Shown: positions 15,956 to 24,872 of the stretch, in pieces | Layout: every line of letters starts with the position of its first letter | Position numbering within the stretch: the stretch's first letter is position 1 | Virus record (IMG/VR): IMGVR_UViG_3300035540_000137 | Span: 1 to 29,464 of that record | Reading direction: 5' to 3' (one strand) | DNA length: 29,464 nucleotides | Source of the DNA: a virus | Taxonomy: Duplodnaviria > Caudoviricetes | Notes under the pieces: generated by a model | Database searches by the model: none | What the model saw: the letters and a program-made list of their open reading frames with translations, nothing else | What the model was told of the DNA's origin: nothing | Program-made: the position numbers and the translations under genes

Positions 15956-15980
15956 AAAGAGCCTAAAGGGGCTCTTTTTT
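15956..15980 (+). terminator. Intrinsic terminator
   Basis: AAAGAGCC-TAAAGG-GGCTCTTT plus T run. Confidence 0.7.
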
Positions 15981-16006
15981 ATATAAAATATATAGAGGTG
16001 GATCAT

Positions 16007-16729
16007 TTGAGTATTATTATTTTATTAATTATATTCATATCTATTAATTTTTTATTTATGTTTATTAATTCATTTTTTAAAAAAGGTAAAAAAATTACTC
16101 CGATTTGGATTTTTATTTTAATAGTCTTTATTTTTTCAATAATTATTATATTATTTATTATAAAATATTTTGGAATTGATTTAATTAATTTTGACTTAGT
16201 AGAAAAGAAAAAACCTTTATCTGACTTAGGTAATTCGATAGTTAGTGTTTTGGGATTGATGATTTCTTTTTTTTCTATAATTATTTCCACTATTACTTTA
16301 TATAAAGTATCAGATAAAAAAGATGCTTTAATAAAATCAGAAAATTTAAAAATATTTATAAAGAAAAAAGAGAATTTTTTGAGAGAATTAGATGCTACAA
16401 AAATAAAATTGTCAGATTTTTATAAGGCTAATGATTATCAAAAAGAAGTTGATTATGAGCAATTTATACAAAGTATTAAGGGTATTTTATTAGAAATAGA
16501 TCAGAATATTGCAACTTTTATAAATCATTATAATAGTATATTATCTAAAGAGTTCAATAAAAAAGTTAAAGACATTAATAAATTAATTAATTCTATAGAA
16601 AAAAATATTGATAGTAAAAATGAGAAAGATCTTAAAAATAAAATATATTATTTGCAAAAAGATGTTAGTCGGCTTCATATACTTTTACAATTAGAACCAA
16701 AAAAATCTGTGAATTTAGAATTAATCTAA
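16007..16729 (+). CDS. Moron: three-TM membrane protein with soluble helical C-domain
   Basis: Three hydrophobic segments; extremely AT-rich; RBS GAGGTG then TTG 16007 (the track start of 15902 runs through the promoter/terminator). Confidence 0.7.
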   Translation: MSIIILLIIFISINFLFMFINSFFKKGKKITPIWIFILIVFIFSIIIILFIIKYFGIDLINFDLVEKKKPLSDLGNSIVSVLGLMISFFSIIISTITLYKVSDKKDALIKSENLKIFIKKKENFLRELDATKIKLSDFYKANDYQKEVDYEQFIQSIKGILLEIDQNIATFINHYNSILSKEFNKKVKDINKLINSIEKNIDSKNEKDLKNKIYYLQKDVSRLHILLQLEPKKSVNLELI

Positions 16730-16743
16730 AGGAGTGGGAGAAA

Positions 16744-17250
16744 ATTAATAAAAAAAAACTATTAGAGTTTATTAATAAAATAATTGAAAAAACTCATAAT
16801 AATTTATTAGAATGGAAACAATTCAATAGATATGATATGAGTCCAAAAATAAAAAAAATAATTGAAAATTTTTATGAGAGTGAAATGCCTACTACCAAAC
16901 CCGGAACTGTTTTTTATACTTTTATTGATAAAAAAATGATATTTATTTTAGAGAAACGTATAATTGAAGAAATTGATTATGCGGATCCTTATGATATTGA
17001 AAGCAAATATTTAAAAGATCGAAAAGAAAAATTTGTTACTGTTTTTATCAATACAGATAATAATAATGGAGTTATTTATTATGATAACGATTATAATGAT
17101 AGTGGTATAATTTATAATAAAAAATTAAAAGAAAATCTATCTCCAGATGGTAAAACCACACTAAAAAGTCTTTATGAGTATGTAAATGAAATGATTATCG
17201 ATATTAATCATATTATTAATGATTTTTTAGATGAAAACAAAGATAAATAG
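16744..17250 (+). CDS. Moron: hypothetical protein (probable ATT start at 16744; first ATG at 16837)
   Basis: RBS AAGGAG at the upstream stop; the frame is open from ATT 16744 (INKKKLLEFINKIIEKTHNNLLEW...). Confidence 0.65.
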   Translation: MNKKKLLEFINKIIEKTHNNLLEWKQFNRYDMSPKIKKIIENFYESEMPTTKPGTVFYTFIDKKMIFILEKRIIEEIDYADPYDIESKYLKDRKEKFVTVFINTDNNNGVIYYDNDYNDSGIIYNKKLKENLSPDGKTTLKSLYEYVNEMIIDINHIINDFLDENKDK

Positions 17251-17261
17251 AAAAATCAATT

Positions 17262-17292
17262 AGCATCTTGCTTTTAGCAAGGTGCTTTTTTT
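17262..17292 (+). terminator. Intrinsic terminator closing the moron
   Basis: AGCATCTTGC-TTTTA-GCAAGGTGCT plus T run. Confidence 0.8.
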
Positions 17293-17303
17293 AATGTTAT
17301 ACA

Positions 17304-17359
17304 TTGTAAGTCTTACAACCCTGACAAAAGTCTTACAAGTCTTACAAAACACTGACAAA
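17304..17359. repeat. Direct/inverted repeat cluster upstream of the small terminase
   Basis: AAGTCTTACAA x3 (17308, 17328, 17337), CTGACAAA x2, inverted TTGTAAG-T-CTTACAA. Confidence 0.8.
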
Positions 17360-17379
17360 TTAATGTGTGGTGATCTAAA

Positions 17380-17958
17380 ATGGCTATAATAAACGATAAG
17401 AGATGTAAGGTGTGTAATTCTGAATATAGAAATAAGATAGAAAAATTACTCTCTGAAGGAATGAGTGCAAGAAAAATATCAGATTATATAAATGATGAGT
17501 ATGGAGAAAATATTTCTCATAATTCAATAAACACTCATAAGAAAAAACACTGGAATGTCAATAAAGAAGTTCAAAGAGTAAAAATTCAACAAGAGAGTAA
17601 AGAACTATTCCAGGAAAAAGTAAAAGAAGGATTGACTAGATTAGATTCTTTAAAACATGAAAGATCAGAAAATTTGAGTTTAGCAAATAAATTAAGATCA
17701 TTAATAGACAAAATAATAGATCAATTGACTGATTTTTTAGAAGGTAAAACGAAAAAACTCAAAATAAACCCAGAAGTTATTAAAGGAATACAAGCTCTAT
17801 ACAACACAGCTACTAATGGAGTAAGGTATTCAGCTTCAGAAGAATACAAACAACTTGAGGGAGGCAATGAAGATGATCCTTTCAAAATATTAATGGACCT
17901 TATGAGTGCTGCAGAGGATGATAAAGATGGACTTGAAGAGGATGAAGAAACAAGCTGA
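17380..17958 (+). CDS. Putative terminase small subunit
   Basis: Directly upstream of terL; N-terminal CKVC, HTH-like segment and H..H; acidic tail. The call is largely positional. Confidence 0.65.
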   Translation: MAIINDKRCKVCNSEYRNKIEKLLSEGMSARKISDYINDEYGENISHNSINTHKKKHWNVNKEVQRVKIQQESKELFQEKVKEGLTRLDSLKHERSENLSLANKLRSLIDKIIDQLTDFLEGKTKKLKINPEVIKGIQALYNTATNGVRYSASEEYKQLEGGNEDDPFKILMDLMSAAEDDKDGLEEDEETS

Positions 17959-19231
17959 AAAATTAAAAGATCCTATTTATTTTACTAAACTACTATATGG
18001 ATATGATAATCTTTCTCCTAAACAGGAAGAATTACTGAAGAATGATGCAATGGTTGAGGTAGATGTTGCTGGTAGAAGATTTGGTAAATCTGAATTAAAT
18101 TCTGCAAAAGCTTTGAGAAGAGCTGTTATGAATCCTAAAACAAAAACACTTATAGCAGGCCCTTCTTTAGATCAGGCTACAATATATTACGATGTTCTAA
18201 CAGAAGCATTAGAAGAAAGTGCTTTAAGAGGATTTTTAAAATCAGTAAAAATAAGTCCTTTTCCAACTATATTTTTGAAAAATGGATCTGAAATAACTTT
18301 TAGATCAACTGCATATAACGGTAAATATATGAGAGGTAGAAAAAAACATTATATATATCTTACTGAAGCTGCATTTATTAAAGATAAAATCTATGATGAA
18401 GTAGTTAAACCTATGCAATTAGATACAAATGCAAAAATAGTATTAGAATCAACTCCTTTTGGTATGAATTACTTTTATAAAGAATATCAGAAAGGGTTAC
18501 GCGATAAGACAGGTTTCAATAAATCGTTTCATGGTACTGTATATGATAATCCTATTATAAGCAAAATGATGATTGAAAAACTTAGAAAAGAAGTACCAGG
18601 TTATGTATGGAAGCAAGAATATCTTGGAGAGTTTGTAGATGACGATAGTAATTTTTTTAAATATGATCTTATTTTAAAAATATTTGAAGATTATAAGATC
18701 ACTAAGATATATGATAGACATAGAAAATACAAAATTGGAGCAGATATTGCTAAGTATAATGACTATACAGTTATTGTGGTAATGGATATAACTGAAAAAC
18801 CATATAAAATAGTTGAAAAATATAGATTTAATCAAAGATTGTATGATGAAGTTATATCAATAATAAATGATCTTCAAAGTAAATATAATTGTCAGGTTAA
18901 TCTTGATGCCACTGGCGTGGGTGATCCTGTATCTGAAAAAATTAATTCGTGTAATAGTTTTGTTTTCTCTCAAAAGAGTAAATCAGAATTGTTGCACAAT
19001 TTTTTATTGTTAGCAGAAAAGGAAGATATATTATTACCTTCATCCTGGATTGATCTTAGAGATGAAATGAGATATTTTAAAAGGTTTAAGTCTGGAAGTG
19101 GATTTAAACTCGAAGCACAACAAGGATATCACGATGATACTGTTATGGCTGTAGCTTTATCTCTGTTAGATTCTCAAAAGAATACCGAGGTTGAAGTTGC
19201 AAAGATACAAAATAATACATTTGGCTTTTAA
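17927..19231 (+). CDS. terL: Terminase large subunit
   Basis: Walker A AGRRFGKS, MRG, Walker B YIYLTEAAF, ESTPFG, QEYLGEF, GADIAK..D, DATGVG, HDDTVMA. Start approximate. Confidence 0.93.
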   Translation: MDLKRMKKQAEKLKDPIYFTKLLYGYDNLSPKQEELLKNDAMVEVDVAGRRFGKSELNSAKALRRAVMNPKTKTLIAGPSLDQATIYYDVLTEALEESALRGFLKSVKISPFPTIFLKNGSEITFRSTAYNGKYMRGRKKHYIYLTEAAFIKDKIYDEVVKPMQLDTNAKIVLESTPFGMNYFYKEYQKGLRDKTGFNKSFHGTVYDNPIISKMMIEKLRKEVPGYVWKQEYLGEFVDDDSNFFKYDLILKIFEDYKITKIYDRHRKYKIGADIAKYNDYTVIVVMDITEKPYKIVEKYRFNQRLYDEVISIINDLQSKYNCQVNLDATGVGDPVSEKINSCNSFVFSQKSKSELLHNFLLLAEKEDILLPSSWIDLRDEMRYFKRFKSGSGFKLEAQQGYHDDTVMAVALSLLDSQKNTEVEVAKIQNNTFGF

Positions 19232-19243
19232 GGAGCTGATCTT

Positions 19244-20338
19244 ATGAGTAAAAAAAGTCTTACTACAGAAATAGCTAATATAAATAATTGGCAATTTGAT
19301 GGAGAGATATTCAACTTTTCTGAGTTGACTTATGAAGATATAAATGAAATGCTTCATGATGACGCAGTAAAAAGTGCATTAACTTTCAGAAATTCTATAT
19401 CTCTTAATTTTTTAGGAGAATACAAGAACGAAGATAAAAAAATAGAACAATTTGTCAGAGATAATTTTGAAAATCTTCAAGATACACTCTCAATTACAAT
19501 AGATGATATTCTAAAAGATTATTTAGGGATAGGATTTTCCGTATCTGAATTAGTATGGGAGATCAAAGAATCAAAATTATATCTGAAAAAGATAAACAAA
19601 TTAGATCCCAGAGATATGACAATAAAAATAAAAAACAGTAAAATAGATCAATTTGTTCAAACTACGTTGCAGGGTAAAGTCGATATACCAGAAGAGAAAA
19701 TATTTTATATAAAAAATGGTTCTGGATATTATGGCCATTCAGAATTAGAAGCTGCAAAGAAATGGTTTTTATTTAAAAAATATATGATGAGATATTGGTT
19801 GCTTGGAGGGCAAAAATATGGTGTTCCTCCGCTAATAGGAAAAACAAAGGATAATGTAAGTACCTTTTTAAATAAGTTAGCTGCTTTATATAGTAATGGA
19901 GCTATGGCAACTGGAATAGATGATGAAGTAAAAGCATTAGAATTTAAAGATTCTTTCAATTTCCAAACTGCAATTGATTTTGCTAACACCTCTATTTACA
20001 GATCATTGTTATTACCGCAGTTATTAGTTAGTGTTGGCCAGAGTGGAGCATATGAGTTAGGTAAGATACATTTTGAAATGTTCTTGGAAATAGCAAAGAA
20101 AACTGCTATATTTACTGCAAATAAGTTAATAGATAAAATAGTAACTAAAATAATTGATTATAACTTCAACAATGTAAAAAGTTATGGCTCATTTATAATC
20201 AAAAAACAATTAACTGTAGATGATCTTGAAAAATATTCAAGAGTATTTCAAAATCTTACAAATGCTGGTATTATAGACCCTATTGAAGATAATGATATAG
20301 TAAGAGAACACATGGATCTCAACAAATCAAGTAAGTGA
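19244..20338 (+). CDS. Portal protein (DUF935/Mu gp29-like)
   Basis: After terL; GFSVSELVW, YGHSEL, QKYGVPPLIGK, GAYELGKIH, IIDYNF. Confidence 0.85.
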   Translation: MSKKSLTTEIANINNWQFDGEIFNFSELTYEDINEMLHDDAVKSALTFRNSISLNFLGEYKNEDKKIEQFVRDNFENLQDTLSITIDDILKDYLGIGFSVSELVWEIKESKLYLKKINKLDPRDMTIKIKNSKIDQFVQTTLQGKVDIPEEKIFYIKNGSGYYGHSELEAAKKWFLFKKYMMRYWLLGGQKYGVPPLIGKTKDNVSTFLNKLAALYSNGAMATGIDDEVKALEFKDSFNFQTAIDFANTSIYRSLLLPQLLVSVGQSGAYELGKIHFEMFLEIAKKTAIFTANKLIDKIVTKIIDYNFNNVKSYGSFIIKKQLTVDDLEKYSRVFQNLTNAGIIDPIEDNDIVREHMDLNKSSK

Positions 20339-20342
20339 TAGT

Positions 20343-21368
20343 ATGAATATAAAAGCTGCAGCAGAATCTTTTGATAAATCAGAAAGCTATATTCTTGAAT
20401 CTTTAAATTACTTTGATGAGATCATAAAGGATACTATAGATAATATAACTAAAAATGTAGATAAAATTATTAATAAATACAAAAAGTCTAGCAAAGAAGA
20501 TTTCAAAGAATATATAGAGAATGAAATAAAGATAGAAACTGAAAAACTATACAAATATCTCATAAAAGGCATATTGATCTCTTATCTATTTGGATATTTC
20601 AACAGTATTGGCCAAACAAAAAGAAAAATCAGAAAAATAAAAAAATATGAAGAGCCTTATTATGGTGAAAAAGAGATATTCAAGATCATGCTTTTGGCGA
20701 ATAAAAGGTTGTTAATGAGATTATCTTTGATTAAAAATCTAACTGTCGATGAAGCTATAGATACATATTTTAAACCTTCAAAATCTGCATTAGAGTTTTT
20801 AAATAACTATACAGTTGATCTTGCAGGAATACAGAGTAGAAACTTCAAAGAAAAAGTTACTAATTTAGTATCTAAAACAGTTGAAAAAGGTTTAAGTGAC
20901 AAACAAAGTTATGATTATATAAAAAAACAGTTAGGAGTATTATCCAGTGATCTAAAAAGATTCACTAAAAATAGAATGAAAATGGTAGCAAAAACAGAAG
21001 CTACAAGAAGTTTTAATGTTGGCACTCTAAATGAATCATATAAATCAAATATTGTTGTTGGTTATCAATTTGATGCAGTTCTGGATAAAAATACTACTAA
21101 CATATGTAGAAGTAGGTGGGGAAAGTTTATAAAAAAAGACGATACAAAATCTTTGGCCAGAAATACTCCACCATTACATATAAATTGTAGATCAGTATTA
21201 AGGGTAGTAACTAAATACGAGAAAAGCGATATGCCTTTAAACAAAGAGAATCTTAATAAAAATCTTGAACCATTCTTATGGGATTCTAAGAAAATACCTC
21301 AAGCAATACAAAGACAAAAAGATATAGATATATTAGAAAAATTACTCAATAAATGGAAAAATGAATAA
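20343..21368 (+). CDS. Minor head morphogenesis protein (Mu gpF/SPP1 gp7-like)
   Basis: VAKTEATRSFN, FDAVLDKNTTNIC, PPLHINCRS. Confidence 0.9.
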   Translation: MNIKAAAESFDKSESYILESLNYFDEIIKDTIDNITKNVDKIINKYKKSSKEDFKEYIENEIKIETEKLYKYLIKGILISYLFGYFNSIGQTKRKIRKIKKYEEPYYGEKEIFKIMLLANKRLLMRLSLIKNLTVDEAIDTYFKPSKSALEFLNNYTVDLAGIQSRNFKEKVTNLVSKTVEKGLSDKQSYDYIKKQLGVLSSDLKRFTKNRMKMVAKTEATRSFNVGTLNESYKSNIVVGYQFDAVLDKNTTNICRSRWGKFIKKDDTKSLARNTPPLHINCRSVLRVVTKYEKSDMPLNKENLNKNLEPFLWDSKKIPQAIQRQKDIDILEKLLNKWKNE

Positions 21369-21378
21369 GATGTAAGCT

Positions 21379-21406
21379 GAGCCTTTTATATAAAGGCTCT
21401 TTTTTT
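21379..21406 (+). terminator. Intrinsic terminator
   Basis: GAGCCTTT-TATAT-AAAGGCTC plus T run. Confidence 0.75.
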
Positions 21407-21434
21407 ATGTCAATTTATAAAGAGAGGTGATCTA

Positions 21435-22349
21435 ATGCTTAATACTATCAAGCTTGAAACTAAGCCAGATCAAAGTAAAAATACAGTCTGGTATAACGTA
21501 TTACCTATTAGAAAGTTTTCAGACAAGAGGTATGGAACTGTAGATATTAACTTTGATCTTATTAAAAAAATGGAAGAGAATTTCAAAAAAGGTATTCCAA
21601 CATATGAGCCACCTTTAAATCTAAGACACAATGATGATTCTGGTAAATATGGAAGAGCTTTGAAGTTAGAAGCAAGAAAAGAAGGACTTTTTGTTTTATG
21701 GGAATTCTTTGATAACGGAGTTAAAAAAATCAATGAAGATCATTTTGAATATATGTCTGCTGAATATGCAGATAGCTATTCAGATAAAAACACAGGTGAA
21801 GATGTAGGGCCAGTTTTCTTAGGAGCAGCTTTAACAAACAGACCAGCTCATCCAGGTGTATCAAAGATATTATTTGAAGATTTCAAAGAAGATTTTAAAC
21901 AATTTTTTCAAAATCTATTTTCATTCAAAAAAGAAGAGGAGGAAGATGAAACTATGGATAAAAAATTAGAAGAAAGAATTAATGCATTGGAAGATTCTTA
22001 CAAGAAATTAGAAGAGGAAAACAAAGATTTAAAAAAGGAATTGGAAGAGGCTAAAAAAGGTGAAAAAGAATCAAATAAAAAGAAATTTGAATCAGAAGTT
22101 GAAGCATGGGCCAAAGATCATATAAACAAAGGTGCTTTACCTTCTCAGGTTGAAGGACTTAAAAAGATAGTATTAGAAACAGAAAATCCAGAAATGATGA
22201 AAAAATTTGATGAAGTACTTAATCCAGGTAAAAAAAGTAATTTAACTAATCAATTGAGTAATGATGATTCTGATCCATATCCTAATGATCAAAAATCTCT
22301 GGAAGAAAGACTTAATAGGGTCAATAAACTTCAAGGAGGCGATGAATAA
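21435..22349 (+). CDS. Prohead protease/scaffold (Mu gpI-like)
   Basis: LNLRH, FEYMSAEY, GPVFLGAALTNRPA; coiled-coil C-terminal half. Confidence 0.85.
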   Translation: MLNTIKLETKPDQSKNTVWYNVLPIRKFSDKRYGTVDINFDLIKKMEENFKKGIPTYEPPLNLRHNDDSGKYGRALKLEARKEGLFVLWEFFDNGVKKINEDHFEYMSAEYADSYSDKNTGEDVGPVFLGAALTNRPAHPGVSKILFEDFKEDFKQFFQNLFSFKKEEEEDETMDKKLEERINALEDSYKKLEEENKDLKKELEEAKKGEKESNKKKFESEVEAWAKDHINKGALPSQVEGLKKIVLETENPEMMKKFDEVLNPGKKSNLTNQLSNDDSDPYPNDQKSLEERLNRVNKLQGGDE

Positions 22350-22651
22350 TGTTAGAGAAAAAAGAAGCTATAGTACCTTTTAATGTAACTGCAGATGTAA
22401 GTGCTTATACCTTAGTTGAATACGATTCAACAGCTCATAAATATACTAAGTATTCTTCTGGTTCAATCAAAGGAATTTTAATGGAAAATGTTGTTGCTAA
22501 TCAAGACCCAGAAACAGCAAAAGTCATGTTTCATGGTGTATTCTATTCAGATCAATTTGATGATTCAGTTACTCTTACTGAAGATATAAAAGCTGATCTT
22601 AGATCAATAGGTATATTTGTAGAAGATAGAGTTCCAGTAACTAATTACTAA
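22349..22651 (+). CDS. Head decoration protein (lambda gpD-like, putative)
   Basis: Size and position between protease and capsid; KGILME...HGVF...DLRSIGIFV pattern. Confidence 0.65.
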   Translation: MLEKKEAIVPFNVTADVSAYTLVEYDSTAHKYTKYSSGSIKGILMENVVANQDPETAKVMFHGVFYSDQFDDSVTLTEDIKADLRSIGIFVEDRVPVTNY

Positions 22652-22669
22652 TAAAATGGAGGGATAAAA

Positions 22670-23692
22670 ATGCCAAATTTCGATTTTCAATTTTTAACTG
22701 AGTTATATAAAACACAAAAGATAGAAAAGTTATTCTTTACTGAAAAATATGGAAAAAACAAAAAGTTTTCTCATATGCCAGAAATAAGAGTTGTTACTGA
22801 AGACAAAGGAATGTCTATTTCTACTCTTGGTAAAAGAGGAGATCCTAATACAACAATTAACACTCAAAAAAATGTAACTGAAAAGATCATTGACCCAGCA
22901 CAAATCTGGGAAACAGATATGATAGATGAACAAACTATATACACAAATCAAAATCCAGCAAATATCATGGCCACATCATCTAAAGACATTAAAACAAATG
23001 CAGATTATATAAGAGCATTGAAATTAGGAGCTCTTAAAGAAAGAAAAAACAGAAGAGAAGAAAAAATGTTGGCTGATCTTATTGCTACTGGAAAAATTGA
23101 GTACAAAGATTCAAAAAGATCATATACAAGTCTTGATTTTGGTATTACTAAAGATACTCAATCTATATCTACATCTACTAAATTATACGAGTACTTAATA
23201 AGTTTAACTGATGGAGTAAGAAAATCAGGTCATGCTCCAACAGAAATAGTAATAAGTCCAGGAATGGAAACAGCGATTTTAAACAACACTCAAATAAAAG
23301 ATATGATTAAGAAAAATGAAGCTAATATAGGAACTCTACAAATGAATACAGCTCCTAATGTTAGAGAGGTGATAAGACTTAAAGGATTACCACCTATCTA
23401 TGTTTATTTTGGCGAATATACAGATGAAAATGGAACAACTAAGCCTTATTTCCCAACAGAATCTGGAAAAGAAAGAATTTCTGTTATATCTGCTTCAGCT
23501 ATCCAAGTAGCTTATGGAGCTTTTGTCAATTTCAAAATCAATAAAAGTGGATACCCTATTATGGGTGAAGCATTCAGTTGGGAAACTATTCCAGAAAGTG
23601 GAATGTATAAAGAACTAAATCTTTATTCAAGACCTGGATTCTATATAAGAAATGGTAAAGCTATAGCTTCAGTTAGCGTTACATTAGGATAA
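22670..23692 (+). CDS. Major capsid protein (capsid E-like)
   Basis: 340 aa, position, RREEKMLADLIATGKI...LDFG; followed by a terminator. Confidence 0.85.
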   Translation: MPNFDFQFLTELYKTQKIEKLFFTEKYGKNKKFSHMPEIRVVTEDKGMSISTLGKRGDPNTTINTQKNVTEKIIDPAQIWETDMIDEQTIYTNQNPANIMATSSKDIKTNADYIRALKLGALKERKNRREEKMLADLIATGKIEYKDSKRSYTSLDFGITKDTQSISTSTKLYEYLISLTDGVRKSGHAPTEIVISPGMETAILNNTQIKDMIKKNEANIGTLQMNTAPNVREVIRLKGLPPIYVYFGEYTDENGTTKPYFPTESGKERISVISASAIQVAYGAFVNFKINKSGYPIMGEAFSWETIPESGMYKELNLYSRPGFYIRNGKAIASVSVTLG

Positions 23693-23700
23693 TCAATAAT

Positions 23701-23738
23701 AAAAAGCTCAGATTTTATGATCTGGGCTTTTCTTTTTT
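23701..23738 (+). terminator. Intrinsic terminator after the capsid gene
   Basis: AAAAGCTCAGAT-TTTATG-ATCTGGGCTTTT plus T-rich tail. Confidence 0.8.
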
Positions 23739-23750
23739 GGAGTGATTTCT

Positions 23751-24095
23751 ATGGCAATTGAATTAACACCTACACAAATTAAAAATAGAGCTCCAGATAC
23801 TTTAATTGGATCACTTTCAGATGGAGATCAAGATTTACAACAACTAATAGATGACGGGATAAGTATTGTAGCCTCATTAATACCTACAAAATCAGAACAA
23901 ATACAAAAAGAAGCAGTAATTAACTATATCTTCTATAATCTTTGGTTAGGAATAGGAAATGTTGAAGCAGCAGAGCCTTATATTTCAACGTATAGAGCTT
24001 TAACAACAAATATTGAAGAAACTATCAATTCTAATGTAGAAGTTTCCTCTCCTGAGCCCATATCTACAGAAGAATTAGAAAAATGGGGTTATTAG
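23751..24095 (+). CDS. Putative head-tail adaptor (Mu gp36-like position)
   Basis: RBS GGAGTGA, ATG 23751; positional call. Confidence 0.55.
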   Translation: MAIELTPTQIKNRAPDTLIGSLSDGDQDLQQLIDDGISIVASLIPTKSEQIQKEAVINYIFYNLWLGIGNVEAAEPYISTYRALTTNIEETINSNVEVSSPEPISTEELEKWGY

Positions 24096-24096
24096 T

Positions 24097-24531
24097 ATGG
24101 AGATCAGAGTCGAAGATGAACAAATTATAAGAAAATTATCTAAATTACAAAATAGAACTTCTAATATGACCTCAGTAATGAGAGATAGCAGTATTATAAT
24201 GAAAAATTCTGTTCTTCATTCTTTTGATACTCAAAGTGATGGTAAAAGAAAATGGAAAGATTTAAGCCCTGGATATAAAAAATATAAACAAAAGAAAAAA
24301 GGTACTGCCTATCCTATACTTGTATTTCATAACAGACTTAAACAGAGTATAAATACAAGACATGGGAAGCATTTCGCTCAAGTTTATACCGGAGTTAAGT
24401 ATGGAGTAGTTCATCAATTAGGAAGTAAAAAGAAAAATATTCCTGCAAGACCTTTTATGGTTATACATAAAAATTATAAAGATATTATTATTAAAAGAAT
24501 AAGAGAAGCTTTAAAGGAGGCTTCAAAATGA
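24097..24531 (+). CDS. Virion morphogenesis protein (Mu gpG-like)
   Basis: F..QSDG..KWKDLS...IL....RLKQSI...YGVVHQLG....IPARPF. Confidence 0.88.
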   Translation: MEIRVEDEQIIRKLSKLQNRTSNMTSVMRDSSIIMKNSVLHSFDTQSDGKRKWKDLSPGYKKYKQKKKGTAYPILVFHNRLKQSINTRHGKHFAQVYTGVKYGVVHQLGSKKKNIPARPFMVIHKNYKDIIIKRIREALKEASK

Positions 24532-24872
24532 CAGTAAAAGAAGAAATTAAAAGTGTTTTATCTTCTTTAAATGTGAGTATATCAAGCTCGCTTCTTAAAG
24601 ATCAAGCAGTTGGTAATGTTCTTTTACCCTTAAAAGGACAATTAAATCCTTTAACCCCTGGAATGAATGAAATTGAAAAAGAAATAGTTTTAATTATAAA
24701 AGGTAGAAACGAAAATGATCTTGAAGAGTTATCAGATCAAATAATGAATGACTTCTATAATTTGACAACAAATGATATTGATTTTCCAGAATATCAAATT
24801 ATACATACTGATAATAACGTACAATCAGAAATTGTTTTTAAATATCGAAAGGAGGTAACAAGCAATGCCTAA
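24528..24872 (+). CDS. Putative tail terminator/completion protein
   Basis: Position before the tail tube; coupled overlaps with neighbours. Confidence 0.5.
   Translation: MTVKEEIKSVLSSLNVSISSSLLKDQAVGNVLLPLKGQLNPLTPGMNEIEKEIVLIIKGRNENDLEELSDQIMNDFYNLTTNDIDFPEYQIIHTDNNVQSEIVFKYRKEVTSNA

Noticed and set aside
16003-22951. Minus ORFs 16003, 19166, 19729, 21470 and 22730
   Set aside because: Shadows of moron and structural genes with no independent support.
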